The position numbers and the translations under genes are program-made. 64,000 nucleotides of DNA from Paraspadella gotoi. Lineage: Eukaryota > Animalia > Chaetognatha. Each line of letters starts with the position of its first letter. Position 1 is the first letter of the stretch. Under the pieces are notes generated by a model. It did not search any database and was not told where the DNA came from. It saw only the letters and a list, made by a program, of their open reading frames with translations. This document shows positions 38,401 to 50,771 of the stretch, one piece after another. The stretch covers positions 19,975,657-20,039,656 of the forward strand of contig CM119266.1 in NCBI GenBank assembly GCA_051294375.1, written 5' to 3'.

Positions 38401-41400
38401 AGGTCTTTACTTCGCCGGTGATGCTTGGTCCTACAAGCCGCAATGGCAGGAGGGATCCTTCTACACGGCCCTTCACGCCGTCTTCCGGCTCATCAACGAC
38501 TTTTCCGGAACCAATGCCTCGGATCCTTTTCAATACTGAAATGTTTTTATTCCATGAATTTTTATTTCGGTGACATTTTTACCTGCTTTTTATTGAAATG
38601 AAATGGATTATATTATTAAAATCGAGTTTTTTCTTCGATATAGTTTAGGTTAGTCTTTCTCGTTAAGGGCTAAAGTTATTACGCGACACGCGTTGGACTG
38701 ACATTGAAACTATAATCAAACGTTATTATTTTAATTACTAGTCTGGAAGTAAGATATTAGAAGCTTAATTATTTAAATATTATTTAACTCGATAAATGAT
38801 ATAACGGATAAACAACCTTTGTTAGCATTGTGTCCGACGCCGTTCGTTATTACGAAGTTTGGCCCTGAAAAAAAAATCGGAGCAGTTTGACGTGGAAAAG
38901 GGAAAAAATCATCTTGCCACCAAAGGCAATGACCTCAGTTACCATCGATTGTTTGGCTGCCTTGAGTCAGGTAATCATTGGAAGTCCTCTCATTAATATT
39001 CGTTAAAGGATCTTTATTGGATGAGACTTTTAGGTCTGAAATTAGAAAAATGATTGAGTGTGCTTTTTAAAGTACTACATAAGTATACTTTCATCTCAAA
39101 CTTTTCCATTTCAAGAAATAAAAATACAACCTGCAATGGAATCGCGAGAATTTGAAGTTTCCATGTTGACAAATTTATCCTTCACGAAGTGAATGAGTGG
39201 AGAAGGGATGAGGAAGAAAAAAAACGAGGCGGCAAGGATCTGGATTCAAATTTTTTTGCGCGTGAACTTCTTGTATTTTAAAATTGTATTCGTTATAACG
39301 TCCTACTTACTCTGACCAGACCGAGCTGGACACGTTCCATATTTTCTCGGTCGATCTCACCATACCAGATGGAAGAGAGTAGCATCTGACAAACGTGGTG
39401 TGAGATAAACCGTTCGTTTTTTGCCTTTTTTAAATTTGAAAATGAAATGTTGCTAGGTTAAGTTACAAATAATTCAAATACTAAAATAATATTTGTTCCA
39501 ATTTGTGAAGAGGTGAAAAAATTATATTACCTCGACCGCCAGCTGAAGACAGGTGCAGCAACCAAAAGTTGGCAGCTCCAGGATGAGCAGCCGCTCCGCA
39601 CGACGTTCGTCCGCTTCATTGCACTGATTCAAGATGGCGATGGCTTCGTCTTCGAAAAACCTGTAGTTTTTTAAATTTTTATTATTATCATAATTATTAT
39701 TAGTAAAAAACCGATGAAAGATAATTAAATAACTTACTCGGCCAAATCGTCGCACTCCAAACTCTTGTCAGCGTCGGCGCCTTTGACGCTCTCGCCCATT
39801 CGGCGCTGAAGCCTCGAAGCCATCAACGCCGAGGCCAGTGGGTGACGACCTTCGGACATGAAGAGGCTCGCCAGAGATCTCCGACCCATGAGGACGCACC
39901 AGATGAACAACTCGCGGGCCGGACTGTCGAAGGTTTCGTTAAGAAACTCGTTATCCAGGGAGTTGATGTTCCTGTTGGGATTTGTTGTTAAATAGTAGTT
40001 GATTAAATAAAAGAGCAAGTTTTGTACGTTTAATTATTAAAGTAAAATCAACGGCGCAGCCTTTAGCGACTGGAGCAAATGGAATACCTGATTGGAAGGT
40101 TAAACGCGGAAGGAGGTCTGTGTGTGTGCAAGGCCGCCATGACGCGATTCTTGCGAGCTGACAGAGGCTTTCGCTTAGCCCCATGTTTTACTACCAGCCC
40201 TTTGCGCCCTTGCATGGAGTTCTCATCCTAAATTAATGTTGTTTGGTTCATTATATCATAGTTTGCAAGGGATATGAAAGAGATACGAAAAGTATCACAT
40301 GCCTGAAAAGTGTCCCGGTATCTTTCGTCGACAAGATAAAGAGGATAATAAAAATCTCCCATCAATTCGCGGATAACGAATCCGACGTCGGGTAGCGATA
40401 CGTAGCGTCCCTGGATTCCGAAATAGCCTTTTTGGTCTGTAACTTTAAGTTCTCTTACTCTCGGCCTCGCTCACACTTACAGTGACTTTGTTGCGAAAGT
40501 TCTCGAGCATTTTAAAAAGGATGCAGTGTTTGGGGATGTCATTGTAGAGGTGAAGGAGCCGTTCGACAGTGGCGAATTCAGTGAGATTGACAGCAGGATT
40601 CTCCAGCAAAACCCGGACGAAATCTACTTTATTTTCCAAGATGGCAGTATAGAGAATGTTGTCGAGCGACCCTTTCTGAATTGAAAAGAATTGAGCGGTT
40701 TATATGTTCGTACTACATCTTATAGGTTTTCAGAATTGATCCTCTTTCGAGAGATGATTATTTTAGACACGTATGTGATTCTACAAATTCACTATCACTC
40801 CTCAGTCCTCACAGTAATCTACGCGCTGACGGAGACGAGAAAAAAAAAAGAATCGTTTTTCGGCAAAAAAAGTTTTATTCGCGGGAAACGAGCATCGGGA
40901 ACAATCGAGGCGAGGCGAGTCCCTCAGCAAAATTAATCATTAACATTAGTTTTTTTTATTAATTTCCCACTTTTACTAAAACAGATTCCGCCACGCGGAT
41001 GTAAATGGTCCGTGTAGTGTTCGAGCGCAAAGGATCGCGCGGCCTAAAGCGAAAGAAATTCGTCTCGACGTTTGATGTCCTCTCTCCCTCCGATGACGCT
41101 CAACGATGCTCTGGGTTCAACTTCCAAATGTTGTAATTGTGAGAAGTAGACAGCAGGCACCACAGTAAATAACCTGGGATTTGGAGAAATAGTTGGGTTA
41201 TGTGATGTGAAACCTGGCGTTTGTTTATACCTGCGTAGTAGACACTCACCGTACATGATGTTGGAGGCGTAATGGTTGATGCAACTGAATCCCCAGGCGC
41301 AGAGGAAAACCAAAAATACGAGGACCAACCGATTCGCTAGTGCCAATTCTAGGCGTCGTGACTGAACAAATTAGATGGGATTTAGCACGTTTTGGTTAAC

Positions 41401-42443
41401 CAAATTGGCAACAGGGTATATAGCTGTCCCTCAGAGCACCTTGAACATGAGGTGACCCCAAGCGAGGTTAACTAAGAGTTGGGCGACCCAGTTGATGAGG
41501 GGCACGTGCGTGGTTTCGTTGAAGCCCCCGCCAGCGATCAACACCAAATAAGCTGCATAACCTGCTCTTCGGGGAAAAGCAAAGTTACGAAATGTCACTA
41601 AGGACCGGAACCCCGTCCACATAGCTTACCTGTCCCGGTGTACAGGAATGTCCAGATGGGTCGATAAATAGCGCCAGACGGTCTCCAGGGCACTTTCAAG
41701 CTTTTGTACCATGATTTAGCCTCTGGATCCTAAAAAAAAAGGGCCCGGGCAAGTTTGTATATTAATTTTTTACTTCTCGGAATTTTCGTGCCACACCTGC
41801 GACTGCAAGTTAAACTCGATGTATCCCGCGATGTGAGGGACAATGCAGGAGAGGACGACGTAGGCGAACTCGTTGGAGCAGATGCCCCCGGAAGAGAAGC
41901 CCTGGCAAGGCATCTCGACGGCGACGGGGGCGAGGCTCGAGCCGTCCACCGACTCTTCCTTCCGGCCGCTGTCAACGGACACATTTTGCCGTCGGTTGTA
42001 AAAAGAAATCGAGAAGGTCACGGGGTCGCTGCGGCGGCGACGCGTAGAGATTTAAAAAAAAAAAAACAAAAGGCAAATTGATTACAAACTCGGTGACGGT
42101 GACGGCGAGGCTCGGCGAAGGACCCCGAGAGTCTCCGCGTTTCTTCTTCGCGTGAGTCGATGAGCGTCGACCAAAGAGACGAAAAAAAGAAAAACTTTGA
42201 CGGAAAAAAATCGAGGATGAGAAAAAAAGGTTTTTTCTCGGGCGAACCGAAACTGCCTATGTGGAGGATCTAGCAGAACTGTTTATATTTAGAGGCGTCA
42301 TTAAAAGGCGTTAATAGGGTAGAGGGAGCGCTAGAGAGCGAGAGGGGGATAATGAAATATTGAAAACAAGTGTGGGAGCCTTACACCGCGGTGATTTAAA
42401 CTGCCTGAGAAAGCTACATTAACGAGTCTTTGCATGTAATTTC

Positions 42444-42521
<78 letters not shown>

Positions 42522-42925
42522 ACCTCCCACAGCTTCTGACGCGTGAAAATCTCCTTGGTTACAACATCGACGCGATTCCACGCCAGCGCCAATTTTAGTT
42601 GATCCATCGCGCAATTTTTGTTCGCTTTCAGAAGAGCTCGAAGAATGGCCAAGTCCATGTCATTGCAGTCGTTCGTTTCTGCGTAATGAGAAAAAAAAAC
42701 ATGATAGGAGTTAAAATATTACAAAATGCGAATTTTAGCCTACCATTTACCAATGATAATTATTCAAATTATAATAATTTTCGATTAAGTTGCGCATACA
42801 TTATACATCCGTTGTATATTGTACATAATCTATCCAGACAATTATTATTTAGTTATTTAGTAAATTTTTGCAGCATTATTTCTTTCCAGAATTATATGGC
42901 AAGATTTCTTTCATTTTCTATACAA

Positions 42926-42974
<49 letters not shown>

Positions 42975-45500
42975 GTATAATTCCGTTCGTTCTCTCGCCA
43001 TCAACTCTATAACGGATACATAATTCCTTTTGGCGACGATTCCCTTCACCCAGTCAACGATCGTGTGAAGATTCTAAAAAAAAACAAAAGGCCACTAAGA
43101 ATTGATTTTGATTGACAGAGATTATTAGAGCGAACGATGTTTTTTCCTTTTAATTTTAAGTTGTTGACTGCAAACAGAAAATAAATCTTTTGAAATCGCA
43201 TTGGTTGAGGACAACTAATGAATATTGAATAATGAATGTAATTGAATAATGAACAATGTCATTATCGCTTATCCGAATTTCGTGTTTCTCTATCAGAAGT
43301 TTCAAAATGCTTGAAAGATCGATTCTTAAAAAAAATGTCGTACTGAAAGGTTTTTTTCATTGAATTTTTACGTGTTTTCGCGAGATTTTTTTCCCAAAAT
43401 GTCTGTCAAGTTTGCCAAAGGAACAAAGGACGAACCGGAGTCATCGATGAGCTTGGTCGCAAATTCTAAACGCCCCGACGCTAAGGGAGTGAACAAGAGC
43501 AAGTCTGATGCCAGAGGTCACTCCAAGTCAAGAGTTAAAAGGAAGTCCGGCGCAAATGGCGCCACTTCGAGGACCATTCACTCCGCCAACCGTTCATCCA
43601 AAGCTACGCAAAACTTTAAACGCGATGACAAAAATGTCAACCGGACGGTTTTGGAAAGAAACTTGAACTGCACCCGATTTTCTCAGTTTTCCGATCAATC
43701 CGGGGACGGAGCTAAGAAAAGTGGGACTGGGGAGGAAGAAGAGGGAGATGACGGAGAGGAAAAAATTATGCGTGAGAGAGATGACTTTGTCGAAGCTATC
43801 AAAGGTGCTCACTTTGGCCTTATTTTCCCAGAATTTTAATTCAATCGAACTCACCAGTGAATGTACAATGAGATCAACGGGTACCGATTTGAATACAAGT
43901 TTCATTAACGCTTCAAAGTAAAGTCATGAAAATTGTTTTGAGTGCCCTCATCCTAATTCAACATAAAGGTGTTTGCCCCCAGACAAAGTTCAGATCGCTT
44001 TTCCCAGTTTTCTGATTTTCGAATTCTTTTTGAGGTTCTGGTTTTCCGCTTTGAACCTCACTCTCTTCGTTGCGCCGCGAGTACTCGCGGAGCAACTNNN
44101 NNNNNNNNNNNNNNNNNNNNNNNNNNNNNNNNNNNNNNNNNNNNNNNNNNNNNNNNNNNNNNNNNNNNNNNNNNNNNNNNNNNNNNNNNNNNNNNNNTTT
44201 TTTTCTTTGCCCCAATGCTCATTGATACCATTCTCTCATTTAATTTCCAGCCTGATCGTCATTTGGCAAGACAAAGTCTCTATGTCTCCTCCAGCCGCCA
44301 AGACAATGTTGGGGCATCTTTTTTGAGATTGATAATTTTTGCGCGATTTTAAGTTAAAGATTTTTTACATTGTTGCCGCTTTGGATGTATGTTAAGATAT
44401 CTCACCTCGCTAAGCTCTTTTCGTCATTTGACCACTTTTAGGCCAATTAATTTTATGGTCTCCTGCCTCAATTTTCCGTTGTTTATGGAGGGACACGTAA
44501 AGGAGGATTGCTGTTCAGAGGCGTTGCGGCGCCTGCGATGGGCTACACACACGTCGCTCATGATGAGTTTCATGATGTTTGAGCTGCCTCGACTTTCTGG
44601 TGACTTTCGAGAATGGCGATGGTGATTCAAATGTTGTTTGTTTATTACAAAATGATTAAAAACGTTCATATTAGGCCATATTTAAGTCCACAAATCGCTG
44701 AAGAAGACTCTAAGACAGTAGAAACATGTACAACTTTTTTGCAATTACAATCGTTGTTGCATTATAAAAACTTTTTCCTTAACCTCAAACACAACGAAAA
44801 GAAAGATCATTAAGTCACAAATATAAAAAAATTCATTAATATATAAAGAAACGGCTTAAAACCGTACAATTACGTACTTAGTGCCCCTGAATCGTAAACA
44901 GATTCCTAATAAAAAATAATCGGGATATTCCCGGTTTCACGTTTTTTCATCGTCTTATAATTGTTCGCGTTCCTCTCTCTCTCGAGAAACGGGGCAAAGT
45001 TAAATGCCTTTTTTCTCCCTCTACGGTCATGCCCATACGCAGCCACACCGTTAAATGCATCACGCTAAAATGGGGTAATTTTTCGCAACCGAGTAAAACA
45101 AAAATATTACGGAATCTTCTTTACTGTTTTTTTTAAATTTCAGATTTTTTTTTCAGGATTTTTTTTCTTTATTTTTCTCCCGAAAATTTTTTTTCAAAGA
45201 ATTAATCCTAATTATAAGGTTTTTTATTAAATAATCAACAAAATATCGAGATTGGTTTATTCTTTAAACCTAATTCGAAAGTTTGAAATGAATTTCAACA
45301 ACGATTTTATTTTTTACTTTTTTAATGCTGATGAAGGCTTGTAGTTAAGCCGAAACATGTCCGTTTTTTTTATTAAAATAAAATCGTTGTTGAAATTCAT
45401 TTCAAACTTTTCTAATAATTATTACACAACGAAAAGAAAGGATTATACCACAAAACCTTTATTCAAAATTCAAGAGATGAAGCAGATGAGTTGGGTGAAA

Positions 45501-45539
<39 letters not shown>

Positions 45540-48500
45540 GAGACTCTCAGCAGATCATAAATGAGTCAAAAAACTTTTTCATAGCAAAAAATCCTGATAA
45601 GGTATAAGTAGAAAGACTTCGTCGTCGTGTATTCGTCGTCGTTTTGCCTGAACTATTTGAGCTTCCAAACAACGACAAACCAGAGTAATCAGAAAAAAAA
45701 AAAGAAAGTAAAAACGTTAAGTTTTTTATTAGGGATTTTTGAAAACTGTTCTCATTTTTCGGCGGGCCATACGTGAGACTATCCAAGAAATTTCAGTACC
45801 AGTTGAAAAGTCTTTCATCCTCTTGAATTCGCCGTATGCGTAATGATATCGAAAATCTTTGTTCTTTAATCTCATTGCATATTATAGTGCGGTAAAAATT
45901 TTAAAACGTAAATATCAATAATGGGCTTTACTTTTAAAAAAATTAACTTCATATACTCATTTAGGTACATGGAAAGTACAGAATCACAGTCAGGCAAGGC
46001 CAAACTCTGATATCGATCCCGGCCTTAATACCTATAGTTTTTGCTCATTTATTAAAATCAAATATCCAGCGACACTGCGCCCCTTCTTGTTTTTAAAAAA
46101 ATCTTATAAACTAAAGAAAAATAATGCGGCGCAATACCTTGAAATAACCGTTCCTTGCTTTACTGAGCGAGACAAAGAAAGGCTTCCGTTTCGTAGCAGA
46201 TCGCCATTGGTTGCATAAAAGCTTGTCAAAAAACTTTAGAAGGGTAAGCAGGTCAAGTTGAAGTTTTGTTTAAAAAATTTTACAAAATAAAGATTTTGTC
46301 CCGCCGGCTAGTCGTATTTTTTATAGGACGAGCACAAAATAAAATTTTCAGGACTTTTCTAATTATTAAAATCTATATGGTTAGCCATTTTTTTAAGGTC
46401 GGTACCCGTGGATCTCCTTGTAAATGTGCTTATAGTTATACCCTTGATTTAGTGTTTCACGGTTATTTGCGTCGGTGCGGCTTAACGAAGATTATCATCG
46501 GCGCATTAACCGAACTGTACGAAAATCAGGCCAGTCAGTTTGTACAATCTTTACAAGATCTATCATAATTCATCGCATTTATTCATTCTAAATTTATCAT
46601 ATATTTTGATAATTTAAACAAATACTACAGGGAGATACTGAAGATCCGCTGCTCTTCATGAAGACATACTTCGATTTCGCTCTTGGAACAGGCGGAGAAT
46701 TTCAAAAATTAACGGCCATGTTGGAAAACCTGACAGATAAGGTAAATCGATGGTACTATTTTAGTATTTATAATCGCGACAATCGCTTTTAACTTTGGTA
46801 TTTTTTTTTCAACAGCATTCTTAAAAACAGTGTATTTTGGTAATAAAAGATTCTTTTACGTTTTTTTTCTCTTTATATAATTTTTTTTTCTTCCTTTTCA
46901 CCTTATTTCTTTATTTCTCTGCCTTTAGCTGGATTTTACAACCAGAAATATTGTTCTGCTCTTGTTTTTGGTTTTTTTATTAGTATTGATAGGTATAACT
47001 AATGACTAAATGACATAAAAATGGAATCTTGTAAAAGAGATTAAAAAAGAAAGCGTTTGAAAAAGGAGAATTAATTGTATATCGACTTTCTTTTCGTTTA
47101 ATTTTAAATTTAGAAAAACCATTTTATTAGTTTTATTAGTTACAAACAACTATTTTCATGACTTTTTTACTGACCTAAATCAAGGTTGAAACGGTTCTGT
47201 GCGAGATCGAGATGGACATGAAATTAGCTCGTGATTTTCTAAAAGACCCACAACTCGATGAATTCGAAGGCGAAGAGGAGGGAAGTGAAGAAGTAAAAAT
47301 CTATTCATCGCAATTGGTGATGGTTATAACTTATAAACTATATGTCAAATCCTCTTTTTAAGCCCGGGGATCTGGACTCCGAAAACCAAAATGCCAACCG
47401 AGAGACTCGCCGCGTCAGATTCGGCGCTGCGACCATCCAAGCCGGGTCACCGCCGAGATCTTCGTATCCAAACAAGTCGCAATCGGCGGTTAACTCTCCC
47501 AGAGAGAATAATAAAAATCAAGAGGCTGAAGAGGAGATCCGCGATTTGACGGAAAATGAGGAGGACGAGGAGGAGGAGAAGGAGGAGGAAGAGGAAGAAC
47601 CCGTGCCGAAAACCTCGCGCGAGTTACGACTCGAAGAGATGGTGGAGCGGCATCGTCAAATGCTGGAGAAGATGAATGAGGCCGACAATAAAGGGCTGGC
47701 CTTGAGGAAGGACATCGACGATGTCCGCGCGAAAATGAACAAATGGGAGGCGGAACAGAAGAAGGCGCTCGTCAACACGATCCCGGATTCTATCGTCGTG
47801 AGGGAGAAAGAAGTGAAGACTGAAGAAGAAGGGGAAGGGGAGGAAAATGTGGAGGAAAAGGAAGAAGAAGTTGAAGAAGTAGACAAAGGCAATAATCAGA
47901 ATAACAAAAACGGAAACAATGATTTTTCTCGGAAGAAGAATAAGCGTAGGATTATGTCGGCAAAGTCTAGAAGTTAATCCGAAGGATGTTAGAGGTGATC
48001 GGCTGATCACTTTGCCGGAAAAACAAGATCAGCACTCTAATTTTATTAGTTCATAATCAAGACTAGTCTGTTGGAAAACGTGGGAGGAAGGAATAATTTT
48101 TATTGTGAAAAACATAACCTTTATATTGTTTTTAAAATTGTAATATTTTATTTGTAATATTTTATCTGTTAAAGCACACAGAGACAAACAATTCATATCA
48201 TATGTATATCCTATAGGAGTGAAATTTCAATATATGTTATTAATGCATTTTTCTTTTTATCCGTTTTAAGCAAGAATCTAGCTCAGTTCGATTAACCTAA
48301 AATAAAATCAAGTTAATGACATTGAAATATTAAATTTATATGATATTGTAATATCTAATTTTTAATATTATAATGTATAATATTATTAAAATAAAAAAGC
48401 TAGCTTTCACCTTATTATAAAATTACACAACAAGAAGAACCTTACTAATAATTATTACAGACAGACTAAAAAGTGACTTAGAGAGTTGCACCGGTAGTAC

Positions 48501-50679
48501 TAGCGGCGCAACTCAAAAAATATAACTGGAAAAGTATGCGAGACTTTATTTATAATCATATGTGTTTTTCAATTTTATGATTGTATAAACCGCGTATAAA
48601 TACTTTTAGTTTTAATAAGATTACCGTCAAAAAACCAAAACGATGGTTTGATCACTCACTTTCGAGCCGAATTCGATTTCGACCCTTTTGACAATCTCGG
48701 CATCGAGTCTGGGTTCTATCACAGATTGAACCTCGGACAGCGTGACACCGTCGCGATCCGTCACCTGATACACGAATCGCAATGGATTAATTTATGATCA
48801 AATTTAGAAGTTGACCGGAATGCGAGACTGACTGACCTCGACCTCGACCTCCTTGGAGTGCTTATAGGCGTAGGCGATGATGTCGGCCGCCCTGCCGGAA
48901 CCGTTGACAACGACGACGGGGGTTCCGTTGGAGACGGATTGGTAAATGGTCTCCATCGTTCCTGGTCCGCCTTAGGGAATCAAAGAAATAAGAATGAAAG
49001 CTTTTTTTCTGTATCAGAATAAAAACAAGAACAGGCAAGTTCAGGGCAAATTTCTTTTGTAGATACATTTCTATATCATCATGTGACTTGACAAGTGTGA
49101 AAAATAAGCACGAGCGTGTGGTTGATCACTTTTTTGTAAAGCAAGCCTCATTGACTCTCCGATTGCGTGATCGTATTTCTATGTGGTCGCCGGTCCCGAC
49201 ACAACAAAGTACACAACATATGCGCGAGTAACTTTTGATCTATTTTGATTAAAATTGTAATTAAAATTATATGAATTGCAACACGTAGGTTTTTTGGTCA
49301 TATAATCGAAATTTTATGTGATTTTATGTGATCGTGTTTGCACAAGTATGTAAAATGTGCACATTAAGCATCTCATAATACACAATATTTGTACCAAATA
49401 TTATCAAGAATTGTTCAGTATTAGCCATGTTATGAGCGTCTAAAATGTAAAATAGACAAACGAAAAGTGACTTAAAGAGTTGCTCCGCGGATGCACGCGG
49501 CGCAAGTAATATAAGAGGCGTCTTCCCTTTCCTTTAACTCACCTTCCAAAGCCATGCAGACAACGGGGACGGTGACGGCGCTGCTGCCGCGCGAAGTCTT
49601 CAACTCTGAAATGCTTTTCTCCATCTCGGATCGAAACTTGATTTCCCGTCCGAATCGTCCCTTTATAAGTTCATTCAATAAAAGTCTTTAGATTAACGAT
49701 GAGGAAAGAATAATAATTAATATACCTAGCATTTTCTCTCCTCTAAAAAAAAATTATTCAAATTATTTTGAATTATTTTGACAGCCAGAAAATTTTAATC
49801 AATCATCGATCATCACTAAGCATTTAAACAATCACATTACAAATAGGGGTCTTTTTAATACAGATTATTTTAAAAACATGTTTGTGACTATCCATTGATT
49901 AAGAGTTATCCACTGAAAGTAAAACTGACCTGCGTACCGTCGTCAATTAAGATAAAATGACTATGGTTTGGATCAAGAGGAGATTTTCCCTGTTTCGCTT
50001 TTGTTACTCGGTAGTTGGCTGGCCACTTACCCTGAAACAAAAATTAGAAATTTAGCATAGAAGTAACAACTAACATTTGACATGATAACATTTCGGCTCT
50101 CTTTTCCAAAAGCGCCCCATTTCGGTTCCTTAATAATGTTTCATAATAATATTTAACCCAAATTAGTAATCTGTTAACAAACTCATAACGCAACCCTTAA
50201 CCCTAATCAGTAAACTGTTAACAAACTCTTAACCCTAATTCCCAACCCTAACCCTTCACCCTAACCATAAAACCCTTATCTCTAACCCTAACCTCTAATC
50301 CTAAACCTCAGTCCCTAACCTTAATCCCTAACCCTAATCACTAACCTAATCCATAACCTAATGCCTTATCTAATGACTAATCCCTATCCCTGACCTTTAA
50401 CCTAATCTTTAAACCTAAAAACCCATATGCTCCAGTTGCTCCTCGTTACTGACCAGTCCATCCTCGCTGACGAGTTCTTCCTTGTTTTGAATTATTCCCC
50501 AAGTGGCGACGCCTATGGTTACAATTTTTTCGTCGCCGGTTCCCCCGCCAATACCGACGCCGGCGGCTCCTCCTCCAGCAGAAAAATCCCGAACGGCGTC
50601 GCCAACGTGACGCATGACGCCGGTGTGGGTTCCTCCAGTCAAGATCCAAGCTCCTTTTTTAGGAAAGAGAGAAAAATGA

Positions 50680-50771
<92 letters not shown>

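Noticed and set aside
37394-38533. 379-aa minus-strand ORF
   Set aside because: Antisense shadow of the codon-biased oxidase exon; no motifs and not needed for the TRPM2 frame.
50160-50420. True telomere or chromosome-fusion site
   Set aside because: Degenerate, intronic and attached to a MITE terminus shared by other copies.
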